A DNA stretch of 64,000 bases. It comes from Octopus vulgaris. Its lineage: Eukaryota. Both the position numbers and the translations under genes were made by a program. Under the pieces are notes generated by a model. That model worked only from the letters and a program-made list of their open reading frames with translations, did not search any database and was not told the DNA's origin. Position 1 is the stretch's first letter. Each line of letters begins with the position of its first letter. This document shows, piece after piece, positions 1 to 12,295 of this stretch. Location: positions 5,146,001-5,210,000 of the forward strand of contig OX597832.1 in the NCBI GenBank assembly GCA_951406725.2. The letters are read 5' to 3'.

Positions 1-977
1 TACATCTTTGTAACTTAGTGGTTCTGCAAAAAGAGACCAATACTAGGCTTAAACAAAAAAATGTCCTGGAGTCAATCTGTTCCGCTAAAATCCTTCAGGA
101 CGGTACCCCAGCATGGCCACAGTGAAATGACAGAAACAAGTAAAAAAGAAAAGATAAAAGATATATGTAGGGAATGGACAATATAATGGAAACACCTTAA
201 AATGGAAACTGAAAGCCCATTATATATATGTGTGTGTGTATTTGTGTCTCCTTGTCTTGACACCATGTTAGTTGTAAATGAGTGTCACTGACATACAAGC
301 AGTGTCATTCATTTCCAATATGCTGCAACAGCATGTCTGATCATGGGGAAATGGGTGAGGGTTGGCAACAAGAAGAGTATCTGGCTGTGAAAAATCTGTT
401 TCAATAAAACTCCATGGGCCAGATGAAATTTAATAGAGATTTAAGAGTGGATCTCAGATATTATTTGATTTGTTAAAGCTTATAATAAAAGTTGTCAAAC
501 TAGTGTATGTGCACCATTAGAGGTGCACACAAGAAGCAGTGGGGCTGTGTGAGATTTTGCAAACATATTGGTTTCAAGTTTTGGTTTAAATTTTGGCACA
601 AGGCCGGTAATTCAAACTCAGTGCTTGGTTGGTACTTATTTAAAAAAGCAAAATTGGAATTTTGAAATGATCACTACCAGTTACTTATAAATGGTGCACC
701 TTTAGGTGTAGTGAATAGTATTAATAAAAATCATCAAATGTTTTGTTGGCTTGCTTTTGGGGACCAAAGGAACTACTCAACTGGACCCAGACTAAAGGAA
801 GCAAAAGTTTCTGGGAAAATTAATAGAACTACATCTTGACAGTGGGTATAAAGAAAAATAGGGATAAGAATAACAATAACAGCAACATCAGTGAAAACAA
901 AAATCAGAAATAGTGCCAAAAAATTGTGCTGCTGCTGATGATAATATATCTATCTATCTATCTGTCTGCCTACCTGC

Positions 978-1561
978 CAGCAGCAGAATTGTTAGCATAC
1001 TGGATGAAATGCTTAGTGGTATTTCGTCTGCCGTTACGTTCTGAGTTCAAATTCCGCCGAGGTCGACTTTGCCTTTCATCCTTTCGGGGTTGATAAATTA
1101 AGTACCAGTTACGCACTGGGGTCGATGTAATCGACTTAATCCCTTTGTCTGTCCTTGTTTGTCCCCTCTGTGTTTAGCCCCTTGTGGGTAGTAAAGAAAT
1201 GTGTATTTCACCTGTCTTAATGTTCTGAGTTCAAGTTTTGGGATCAATAAATTAAGTACCAGTCAAGTATTGGGCTCAATGTGATTGACTTACCCCTTCC
1301 CCACAAATTTCAGGCTTGTGCCTATAATAGAAAGGATTATTATCATTATTATTGTAAGGTGGTTAGCTGGCAGAATTGTTTGAGCTTCAGAAAAAAATAC
1401 CTTGCAGCATTTGCTTTGATTCTTTACTTTCCGAGTTCAATTACTGCTGAAGTCATCTTTGCATTTCATCCTTTCTGGGTCAATAAAATCAAGTACTGGG
1501 GTGAATAGTATAAAGTAATCACCTCCCCTCAGAACCGTTGGACTTCTGCCTAAATTAGGAA

Positions 1562-1616
<55 letters not shown>

Positions 1617-2050
1617 CATTTGCCTGTCACTACGTTCTGAGTTAAAATTCCACCGAGGTCGACATTGCCTTTCATCCTTTCGAGGTCGATAAATTAAGTA
1701 CCAGTGAAACACTGGGGTTGATGTAATCAACTAGTCCCCTCCCAACAAATGTGAGGTCTTGTGCCTCCAGTAGAAAGGATTATTATTATTATTATTATTA
1801 TTAAAGTGGCAAGCTGGCAGAATCATTAGTACACCAGGCAAAATGCTTAGTGGTATTTTGTCAGCTGTTACATTCTGAGTTCAAATTCTGCCGAGGTTGA
1901 TTTTGTCTTTCATCCTTTCAGGGTCAATAAAATTAGTACCAGTTATGCACTGGGGTCAATGTAATTGACTTAATCCCTTCTCCCAAATTTCAGGCCTTGT
2001 GCCTATAATAGAAAGGATTATTGTTGTTGTTGGTGTTGTTATTATTATTA
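978..2050 (+). mobile_element. Head-to-tail cluster of about 5 full or partial tRNA-derived SINEs (Nin-domain-like) with (ATT)n tails
   Basis: Repeated unit ggcagaat..ttagca..gaaatgcttag..gttctgagttcaaattc (B-box)..gcctttcatcctttcggggtcgataaattaagtaccag..gtgcctata..gaaagg(att)n starting near 978, 1200, 1357, 1620 and 1805. Confidence 0.85.
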
Positions 2051-2086
2051 TATTTTAAAGGACTGATGTAACTCTTCACAAAGATA

Positions 2087-2351
2087 AATAGACAATACGA
2101 AGAGCACGATGCGATTGCAAAAGATATTTTATTGGTTGAACAATATTTCGACAACTTGCCTATCTTTGTGAAGTTCAATATGAAAAGTGATATTCAGAAA
2201 TTCAAAATTATAGAAATTCAAATTTCTATATTTTGAATTTCTATGTATCACTTTTCATTCTGAACTCAACAAAGACAGGCAAACTGTCAAAATGTCGTTC
2301 AACCAATGAAATATCTATTGCAATCACATCATGCTCTTTGTATTGTCTATT
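2087..2351. repeat. About 265-bp imperfect palindrome with almost no loop; arms carry a degenerate Penelope-type hammerhead-like motif
   Basis: aatagacaatacgaagagcacgatg...tagaaatt-ca-aatttcta...catcatgctctttgtattgtctatt; arms are reverse complements, centre at 2219-2220. Confidence 0.85.
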
Positions 2352-2379
2352 ATTATTATTATTATTATTATTATTTTAT

Positions 2380-2612
2380 ATGGTGATGAGCTGGTAGAAT
2401 CATTAGCATGCCAGGTGAAATGCTTAGTGGTATTTCACTTGTTGCTATGTTCTGAGTTCAAATTCTGCTGAAGTTGACTTTGCCTTTCATCCTTTCAGAG
2501 TCAATAAATTAAGTATCAGAGAAACACTGGGGTTGATGTAATTGACTTGTCCCCTCCCCTAAAACATTTCAGGCCTTGTGCCTATAGTAGAAAGGATTAT
2601 TGTTATTATTAT
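2380..2612 (+). mobile_element. Nin-domain-like tRNA SINE, full length
   Basis: Same unit as 978-2050. Confidence 0.85.
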
Positions 2613-2799
2613 CATTTTACTTGTCAGAGTTCTCAGTCTTACTTGCTCTGGTTGGTTCTGTGAGAGTGGACAGCAACCTGTTGTCAAAGGTCTCACAAGG
2701 TTTCTTTCCACAAATTATAAGCTTTGGTACCTGGATGTTAACTTATCGTGGAAGACACTCAACACCCATGCTCCAATCTTTGATTATTAATATTACTAC

Positions 2800-3185
2800 T
2801 AGTGGAAGATCAATGGCCCAGTAGTTAGGGCAGCGAACTCGTGGTCATAAGATCATGGTTTTGATTTCCAAACTAAGCGTTGTGAGTGTTTATTGAGTGA
2901 AAACACCTAAATCTCCATGAGGTGCTGGCAGGGGATGGTGGCGAACTCTACTGTATTCATTCACTACAACTTTCTCTCACTCTTTCTTCCTGTTTCTGTT
3001 GTACTTGTATTTCAAAGGGCCAGCCTGGTCACACTCTGTGTCATGCTGATTCTCCTTAAGAACTATGTTAAGGGTACATGTGTGAGTGGAGTGCTCAGCC
3101 ACTTGCACGTTAATTTCACAAGCAGGCTGTTGCATTGATCGGATCAACTGGAACCCTCGTCGTCATAACCAATGGAATGCCACAG
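2800..3185 (+). mobile_element. tRNA-derived SINE, different family
   Basis: A/B-box-like head tggcccagtagttaggg..ggttttgatttcc; 3' part gatcggatcaactggaaccct recurs inverted near 39460-39485; similar head near 44000-44070. Confidence 0.7.
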
Positions 3186-3208
3186 CTATTACTACTGTTG
3201 TTGTTAAG

Positions 3209-3600
3209 ATGGCAAGCTGGCAGAATAGTTAGCATTCCAAGCAAAATGCTTAGGGCATTTTATCTGCCTGTACATTATGAGTTCAAATTCTGCCAAGGTC
3301 AACTTTGCTTTTCATCTTTTCGGGGTCAATAAATTAAGTACCAGTGAAACACTGGGATCGATGTAATCAACTAGTCCCTTCCTCAATAAATTTCAGGGCT
3401 TGTGCCTTTAGTAGAAACAATTACGATTACTATTATTATTATTATTATTATTATTATTAAGGCGGTGAGCTGCTAGAATAATTAGCATACTAGACAAAAT
3501 ACTTAACAGCATTTTGTCTAAGGTCAATGAAATAAGTACCAGTTGAGCATTGGGGTTAGTATAATCAACTGACCCCTGCCTCCAAAATTGTGCCTAGAGA
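3209..3600 (+). mobile_element. Two tandem Nin-domain-like SINEs
   Basis: Same unit as 978-2050, separated by (ATT)n. Confidence 0.8.
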
Positions 3601-4317
3601 AGAAAAAATTTGCTGTTGTTGCTAGTTATTATTGTTAGTGGTGGTGGTTGTAATATTTAAAAAAAAATCATCATAAGTATTTAGGTTTCATTTTATTTCT
3701 TTTCTTTTCTTTTTTTCGTATGTTGGTTCTCACTATTCTCCATTATTTGTACCTGTATTGTTTCTCTTATGCTATATATGGCTATAACTACAAACACTCC
3801 AGTGCAGCAGTTCACCAGAGACAATGCACCTTCTGGTTTGGAAACGAGATTCAAAACCTTGCTATTGTATGTCCTAACCACAAAGTTATTTGACTTCACA
3901 CTCATGTATGGTATTAAATGAGTGATATAGTTCTGACATGCACCCTCCCCAACCTCAGTAAGCAACGCATATTTGAATAGACAAAGTAACAATGCAACAT
4001 AATTATGAATTTTCGTGGTGACATTTCCCATTATCATATTTATCCATTTTGTGTGGTTTAAAAAAAATTTTAATATAGATATCTTCAATGAAATGAGAAA
4101 AAGGACATTTGTCAATGTTTTCATTTGGAAGTTGTAACACTTTCAAAGCTTGTGAAAATCACAAGACCAAGAAGATTTCTTTCATAACTCATTCATACAC
4201 TGTTGAATCTGCAATGTTGTACCAAACATTAACTGGTTGAGCAGCTGATGTCACAATCTGCATAACTTAATTCTTTTACCAAACTGGATTAGATGTAGTG
4301 CCAACTATTTTTAAAAC

Positions 4318-4536
4318 CAGTGGTTTTCAACCAGGGTTCCGTGGAACCTTAGGGTTCCGCCAGTGCAGTCCAGGGGTTCCGCAAGAAGTTACAAAACTGC
4401 TAAAATCGGCAGTAATTTTTAATTCTCCTGTGCAGATATGTGTGCATAAAACTATTAAATTATTGCACAGGGGTTCCTCGAGCCAGTGGAATGTTTCCTT
4501 GGGGTTCCGCTCCAGCAAAAAGTTTGAAAAGCACTG
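4318..4536. mobile_element. hAT (Charlie-like) MITE
   Basis: TIRs cagtggttttcaacc / gtttgaaaagcactg; flanking 8-mers tttaaaac / atttaaac (6 of 8 identical, decayed TSD); internal ggggttcc repeats. Confidence 0.75.
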
Positions 4537-4672
4537 ATTTAAACTATCAATATTTGATCCAGAAGAAGACACTTCTGTACTTTGTAGTCCATTGGTAGAC
4601 CTTAACATTTTTAGTTCATTCCAATCTTACTTCCTGTTATGCTGTTGGCATTCCAGAGTGCTGTCAATTGCT

Positions 4673-4890
4673 TTAACCCTTTAGTATTCGGCTTACTCTG
4701 TGAAATGCAATGTTTATTCACTTTGTTTTGAATTAATCATGCATTATCTTGTAGCTTTGAGATTTCAATGATGTGATTGTTTGTTTTTTGAATGACATTG
4801 TAGCGTAGGTTTGAGAGGCTGGATCTAGTTGATTTGAACATAAAACAGGTAGCATATTTGAGGTTATATATGGCTACTTTAAATACTAAA
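4673..4890 (+). mobile_element. piggyBac-like MITE (TTAA-CCCTTT family)
   Basis: Starts ttaaccctttag; same ~220-bp unit near 10560-10780 (-), 20842-21052, 36036-36262 (-) and 41965-42168; the last two end in aaagggttaa. Confidence 0.75.
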
Positions 4891-5805
4891 TGTCTAAAGT
4901 TGAAGGATTTACTAAATGACACAATGGTTTGTCAAAAAAGCAAAGGTTTTAGCCAGCATGAGAATTGTATCACACATAAAATGCTGTGAAAATCTGGAGT
5001 GAAAGGTATAAATGCAGGAAAACTAACTAATCAGGTCTATCTACAATGGAGAATGAAAATCTGCTGGAAAAATTGATAACTACTCACAATCTATTATAGA
5101 AGGGATTCAGTTTTTGTATATTAATAAACCTTGAGGTAATTAACAACATATAATCTGTCTTAATAATGATTACGGCAATGCAGTTTCTGAACATTTTCTT
5201 CTTGAATACAGTCTTACTAAAGACTTGAAAGAAATGATTCCAGCAATCTGTTATATAGTGCAGAATGTAATTATACAGCTTACAAAAATTGTTGTTTTGC
5301 ATCAAATGGTTGATAATATTTGGATTTTTGTTTTTCATTATTAAAGATGATGAAACCCTCAGTTCTCCCAACTCTGAAAATATTTCATTCATTGTAAAAT
5401 CGGGGTTAATTGTTAGGAAGAGCCACACTCATCCATCTTATTAAAAGCAAGTAACATTGAATTAAAGTGATTATTTCTTACATGGGAAGGAAGTCAGAAA
5501 GTTTAGGAGAGGAGACAATCAACCATATCAACCCTAGTACTTGATTGGTACTTTATTCTATCAACTTAACGAATGAAGGGAAAATTTTAGTAAAGTGAGA
5601 TTTAAATTAATTCATATTAATAAAAAATTATACATGTCTGTGTTTTACGGTACTTAACTGTTTTATACTGTATCTTTCACAAAGATTACATCTACTCTGT
5701 CAGACATAATGATTTAGTATGCTGAAAGGAAAGTTGTGAGAAGCCCTGTCTTATGGTATATTACCATTTGGTCGACTTCTCAAGTCTAGAGGCAGAGGCC
5801 TACCT

Positions 5806-6133
5806 TTATTTACATTATTTACAATTGACGGATATTTGTCCTCATCTTGTTTGTTGTTAACACAATGTTTCGGCTGATATACCCTCCAGCCTTCATCAGG
5901 TGTTTTGGGGAAATTTCGAACCTCGGTTCTTATTCCTAAGGCATTTTTCGATGTTATTATTATTATTCAGGTCACTGCCTGGAATCGAACTCAGAATCTT
6001 GGGGTTAGTAGCCTGCACTCTTAACCATGCTATATGCCTGTGATGAAGACTGGAGGGTATATCAGCCAAAACGTTGTGTTAACAACAAACAAGATGAGGA
6101 CAAATATCCATCAAATGTAAATAATGTAAATAA
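5806..6133 (-). mobile_element. tRNA-headed element with hammerhead-containing Penelope-like 3' end, flanked by ~95-bp inverted repeats
   Basis: Arms 5806-5899 and 6041-6133 are reverse complements. The minus strand reads tRNA-like head (6038-5968; TGGTTAAG..CT-ACT-AA loop..GTTCGATTCC), (AAT)n, then AACAC-CTGATGA-A-GGCTG..CAGCC-GAAA-CA-TT-GTGTT. Confidence 0.7.
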
Positions 6134-6849
6134 TGTACATAATTCCTCATCTCTTAAATATAGAACCTTACCTTTATTGTTAAGCATTTTCATTTTACTG
6201 TTTCTTAATGAAGACTAAATTTAGTTCAGCTTTAAGGATGTGCATTTTGCCATTGTTTAAACTGCCTTAATCACTATTATTAAACTCAATAATTCTGCCT
6301 GTTAAGTCTAACAATGATTTGAGGCTAAGCACTGAAACCAATGTAAATTGTTCTGTTTCTGTTGAAAATTGGAAATTTTTTTGTTTTATAGTGAAAAAAA
6401 ATGTCTAAATGGAAACTTGCTTATTCTGATAGTATGTTTTATAAGCTTTCCAGTCATGGTAAATTATGGGGTTTGGACCAAATGGGTTGATGCTACACGT
6501 TTTTGTTAATTTTTTTTTTTAATAAATTGTACATTATTGGTATAATAACAAATAACTTGATATGCAAATAATAAGTGAACTGAAACCAAGTGATTCATGC
6601 ATAGAATTGAATTCTCCTTCATTAAACATTATGGCCTGAAGCATATATCATCTTTTTCACAATATGATTTCCCTTAAAACAGTTCTTAGCAATTTTTTCA
6701 TCCTTTTGGTTTAATCATATTGGAAAAGTGTTTGACAATAGATCAAAATTAAATGACAACATTGAAAGATGTGGAAGCATGGAGAACTTCTCAGTAAATT
6801 TCCAGACTTGCTAATTTTGGGTTCAAATACCAGACAGTAATAGAGCCAC

Positions 6850-8420
6850 AGAGAGAGAAGATAACAAATGCATTTAAATCCAATTAATTTAAAGGCAACA
6901 TAAAAAAAGGCAGACTGAGTTCTCAGTTGATTTGTTGGATCAACAGAGACAACTTGAGCTTCCTTTTCCATGTTTGAGCAGCCTAAGTTTGTTCATAAGA
7001 AAAATGACCTGGAATTTGAGTATCAACATGACTTTAGTTTGTGAACAGACACAAATATTTTAGAAGAGGTGTACGTGACTTTTGCTGTAAACAAAGTCTC
7101 TTGGAATGTCAGCACCATAATGATGATATTCCTTTATATGAAAGACAATACTCTGATAAGAAAAGAGAATTGTTTTTCAGTCATTTAAAACATATCTATC
7201 TGGTGAGAATATTAAAAAGGAATAGCTTTTGTATTCTTCCTTAAAAAGAAATGTATAGTTTTGCTTGTGTCCATGAATCAAAAGCCCGATTTTCCTTCAG
7301 CTGATTTTCAGACTGCAAACATCCTCTACAGGGACTACAGAACATGAAAACAGTTCTGGACAGTGGACCTGTATGGTAACATGGCCTTCTATATGATGAC
7401 ATGGATTAGTAGAGGAAATGCACTTGGGGGGGATTGTTTAAACACTGGAGTATCCAATTGATAAATGAAAATGAATACTAGGGAGAAGTTTCAGCTGTAA
7501 AGTTTCTCTCATTTCATGGATTAGCCTTCCATGGTGTTAAAAAAGTACAAAATGGCAACTACTACATTGGGATATTTGAATTACTGACTGAATATGATTC
7601 TTCTTCTTTGTCTTCAGTTAACAAATACATTAATCAAGGATGAAGACAAGCATCGTATCTAATTTTTAAAATATCTGAGGAATTCATAGGTATTATGAAA
7701 AACAAAGTATTGCAAAACCTTTGTAGAAGAAATCAGGGAAGACAAAAACTTTTCTCTAAGTGTTGATTCAACATCAGCCATGTCTCACATTGATCAGCTA
7801 ACTATAATTATTCACTGTTAGAAAATAAGATCATAGGGTCATTGAATGTTTTATTACATTTATTTTCATAGCAAATTCTGAGAAACTTTTTGTCAAATTT
7901 GTCTTGAAATTCTTTGAACAAACTGGAATTGATGTGACTAATTTTAAGAAGACAGCCTTATCATAATACATCTAATTATGTTAAAATGCTATAAAGTGCT
8001 TCAAGTGTACATTTTCAGTATTGGTCATCTTGTCCATTACATTCCATTTGCCACATACTTCCTTAATTTGGTAGGTGTATGTACTGTGGAAAGATGCACT
8101 GGAGCAATTTCCATCTTTGGTCTTATACAGAAACTTTTACAGTTTCTTTTCTGGTTTAATTCAATGTTGGTCAGTAATGCTTTTGTGCTTTTTAAAGCTG
8201 AAAGTGGAAGTGAATCTATATTGGCAGTTAATAAGTGTGCCAGATGCTCGATAATAGATGATGTACATGAAGATTTTGTAGCTCTGAGTTACAAGTACTA
8301 TTAGGCTGCCACTGATATTTTCAAATTGGTAAGAAAGAGTTAAAGAAATATCAAATTTATTTTTACAGGGCAAACCACTATTAAAATTCAAAGACTAGAA
8401 ACAAGGAAGTTAATCTACTG
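6850..8420 (+). pseudogene. Decayed hAT transposase (ZMYM1/DUF4371-like)
   Basis: Frameshifted fragments GLAFHG, NGNY..GIFELLTEYD, FSLSVDSTSAMSHIDQLTI and YIPFATYFLNLVG (cf. hAT YxxCxAHxLNL); ends approximate. Confidence 0.7.
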
Positions 8421-8465
8421 TTTACCACAACTGAAACAAACATAACATATAAAACATAAGTAGAG

Positions 8466-8868
8466 GACTAGGAGTACCATATGAGCGTGATCGTTGCCAG
8501 AGCAACAAGCTGGCCTCCATGCCGATGGCACGTTGAGCGTGATCGTTACCTGTGTCACCTTACTGGCATTTGTGCTAGTGGCACGTGCAAAAACATTTGA
8601 GCGAGGTTGTTGCCAGTGCCGCTGGACTGGCTCGTGTACAGGTGGCACATAAAAAGTACCATTTGAATGTGTCCGTTGCCAACACTGCCCCCACTACACT
8701 CTCAGAGTGGTTGGTGTTAGGAAGGGCATCCAGCAGTAGTAACTCTGCCAGATCAGATTGGAGTCTGGTGCAGCCATCTGGTTCGCCAGACCGCAGTCAA
8801 ATCGTCCAACCCATGCTAGCATGGAAAGCAGACGTTAAACAATGATGATGATGATAATGATGATGATA
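8466..8868 (+). mobile_element. SINE with Meta/MESC-like domain and (GAT)n tail
   Basis: ggttggtgttaggaagggcatccagc..catgctagcatggaaagcagacgttaaac(gat)n; other copies near 13630 (-), 21475 (-), 33515 (-), 34250 (+), 61160 (-) and 62790 (-). Confidence 0.7.
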
Positions 8869-9199
8869 TATATATATATATGATGACTGACTCTCAACAA
8901 AGACTAAATATGAGCATTCAGCTTTTGCCGAACGACCTGCACAAATGATTAGTTTATAGTGATGAAATGCTCATGCTGCACATCAGCTCACTCTCTCCAT
9001 CTAGTTGACATCTGAACAGGTGCACTATGAGTCAGGTGTTGAAGTGATTGTAGAGCAACATGAAATGAAATATGTTGCTCGAGAACACAATGCACTATCT
9101 GGTCTAGAAATTGAAATCACAATCTAGTGATCATGAGTCCAAAACCCCTAACAACTAAACCATGCACCCTCATATATACATGTATATGTATACACATAC

Positions 9200-9950
9200 A
9201 CACGCACACAGAGTATCCTTAATTGGACTTCCTCTCCAGTTTATAGCTCCTTGTTAATTCCATCAAAAGAGATAATTTATTTATGTTTTCTTCAGCCATT
9301 TATACTGTACTATGCTGCTACTGTCTCTGCTTATACTTTCAACATTTAACTTTTCTTGAGATGCTTTATACTTCAATAACTTTTCAATTTGCTGAAAGTA
9401 TTGTAAACTCTACACATTTTGGTGCATGCTTACAGTAATTTTTTTTAAAACTCTCATCCACAAGTGTTGGCATATTTATCATCCAATGGAAATAGCTTCC
9501 TTAACTGTCTGTTTAACAATCCTGTGATTATATTGTCAGCACCTGGTAGTTTATTACCTTTTGATATTCACTGTACATTCTGTTTCACTTGCTTTGCTAT
9601 TACGCTATTACTGGATAGACATTAATCACATTCAGTGATTATGTAAATTAATGTTTCTCTTTCCAACATATGCAGAGACAAATAAATTTTCTTTGAGTTG
9701 GTTTTAATAGATTATCAATCATTGAGCATCTTTCACTTTATGCATTGTTTTCTTCTCATTTTCTCTTGTGCTGTAGTCTTTCTATCTTCAGTGTGCCTAG
9801 CTTTTATTTTGTATGTTATTGTTTGAAGGAGAATATTTTTCTGTATTGTTCATAATCAACCTACTTATAACTTCTAGCAAGTATTGTGCAAGCCTATAGT
9901 AGTTATTCTTTGTATAAGGATGGCTTTCTAGTTCACTACTTTAAAGACTA
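9200..9950 (-). mobile_element. Very decayed LINE reverse-transcriptase fragment
   Basis: Minus-strand KLPGADNIITGLLN-like motif near 9510-9552 (cf. KAPGxDxI). Confidence 0.4.
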
Positions 9951-10789
9951 CAGTGATAGAATGTAATCCATGCATGGTAAAATTCATTCAATGAGTGTTA
10001 GTTTGTTTAATGAGTAAATACATTTACCAGTAGATATAATGAGTAAATATATCTAACATTCAAGATGTTAATGTTCTGGTTTTTCCTCTGTTTTTAAATG
10101 AAGCCAAATTTTCATTACATTTAGGTAGTTGAGAAAAGTCAAAAGTTAATTTCATGCAAGCATGTGAACTACACTTAACCCAGACTTCGCACCCTGACAG
10201 AGTCATATGTACTTATGACTGACATTTTTGAATGAATAGAAAAGTCATGTTTCTTTGCATTTCAACTCAGAACTATTAGAGAGTATATTATAATTTTTTT
10301 TTTTTGTTTTTACTTAGTTTCTCTCATTGTTAGAGTAAGGAACATTGCAAATAGCTTTGAGACCAAAGCATACCTTTACTTAACCCTGTTTGTGATGGGA
10401 AAGAGTATGAAAGATTACTGTTGCAGTTCACCTTTACAGAGCCACCAAATTACTTTGAGGAGGGTAGTAAGACATTTATACTCCCATTCAGCTTTCATAG
10501 AGCCACATTTTTGGAAACATACTCTCCAATATCAGTCACTAGATGGTGCCCATCCTTAATCTTTTAGCATATAGAACTGGCCATATCCAACCAAAATATT
10601 CCACCTGCTATATGTTCAAGCCAACCAGATCTGACCTCTTATACCTTGCCCTGTAATATTATTTTTAAACTAAACAGTCACATCATCAAAATCTGAAAGC
10701 TATGCGATATTGTATAATTAATTCAAAACAATGGGAATAAATAAACATTACATTTGACTGAATAATCTGAATACTAAAGGCTTTTGGTG

Positions 10790-12110
10790 AAAGGAATTTG
10801 GTGAAAAGAGTGTTTCACACTCACCATAGCAAGACTTTTGACTGTCTGACATAACGAAACTCTTGATAAAATTGCTTGCTTATAGGTGCCAGCTGTCATC
10901 TCTCATACCAGTGGCTTCCTGTTAAGTTGCACTATTGTTGAATATACTGATGGATCTCCCTCTTATCCATAGTTTATTAACTCTGTTGTTCCTCAAGTCT
11001 TGATTTTGACCATTTGTTGTTATATTCAACAATGTTTACTCATACACACTTGATATTGCCCTTTCTATTCTTTACTAAATATTTTTCACACTCAAGCATT
11101 ATCCAGATGAATCCTGAACACCCCATGCCAAATCCACATTGAAACTATAAACAGAAGCTTTGAAAACTTCATGCAATCTTATCTTCTTCAACAATACAGT
11201 GACACAATTCACACACACGCATGCACAGAGTTTTACCATCATGAAACCAGGATTTTCTACATCTGAAGGTAGCCCAGAACTCAGGTTGGGTGCTGCTTTG
11301 GAAACGCCCTACATTTATACCCTATCAGGACCTTATGGAAACCATGCAGTCCTTATAAGGACATTTGGATTTACCAAGTGAGGATTAACCGACTATAGTA
11401 AATTTTAACTAACTTGAGCTTCATCAACATTCACTGTGGCTAGCCAGCATTGACAACTGATAAGCGCAAACTTGGAACCCACTAGGATTATATACCCCAC
11501 CAAAACCATTTTGGAAAAACATGCACACACACACATTGTTACACCTCATTTCACTAAACATGAACAACATGCAACAAGAATTCTTATGACTGCTATAAAT
11601 GCTAGGGTTCATTATCACTGAGGATCTTACTTGGTGAATGCACATCCTCACCATAGCCAAAACTGCTTCATAAAAACCGGCCTTTTGTTCAGAATCAGAA
11701 AATATTCCAGCTCTCAATAGCTACTAACTCTACAAAGTGCAAGTACTCCACAATGGAGTACTACTCCAACATTTAGAATGGTGCTGTTGCCACACTTATA
11801 GACACCTTGACAACATTCAAAGGAAAGTTACTTGAATGATTACTTTATCCCCCTTCTCTACAGCAGTGGTTTCTGGTTTCTACTGTTTGGAACTGGCTGA
11901 ACTTATGCTGTCTCATCCAAGTATTTCCTACTCACTTTTCCCTTCTTGTTGTCACCAGTATTGTCTTAACAGACCCATGTTAATCACTGTATGTAGCCCT
12001 TCCTCTCTAGAATTCCATTTCTTCATATTTTTTCTGTGTTAGTTGACTTGACCACATCAATTTCATGATTCATGGATAGCACAACTGCTCTCTCCAGACT
12101 ATAACAATGA
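10790..12110 (+). mobile_element. Decayed CR1/Jockey-group LINE RT fragments
   Basis: Remnants TFDCL.H..LLIKLLAY, INSVVPQ.LIL and YKVQV..TMEYYSNI. Confidence 0.5.
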
Positions 12111-12147
12111 AAGTAAAGACCTATAAAAATAAATGAAAAAAATAACT

Positions 12148-12292
12148 CAGGCTGTGTGTAAGAAGCTTGTGTAAGAACCACATTGTTCTGGGTTCAGTCC
12201 CTCTGCATGGGCAAGTGTCTACTACTATAGCCTCAGGCTAACCGAAGCCTTGTGAATGGATTTCATAGATAGAAACTGAAGGAAGACTATTG
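12148..12292 (+). mobile_element. CORE-like tRNA SINE, 5' part
   Basis: ggctgtgtg.taagaagcttg..gggttcagtcc..gggcaagtgtct..gaaactgaaggaag. Confidence 0.75.
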
Positions 12293-12295
12293 TCG

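Noticed and set aside
978-3600. CRISPR-like repeat array
   Set aside because: Units are ~200-bp diverged SINEs with microsatellite tails in eukaryotic DNA; no constant repeat-spacer period and no cas genes
3693-4124. 143-aa minus-strand ORF
   Set aside because: No recognisable motif or convincing splice sites; may be an unrecognised transposon remnant
5968-6038. Functional tRNA-Ser gene
   Set aside because: Acceptor stem does not pair and the sequence is embedded in a repeat
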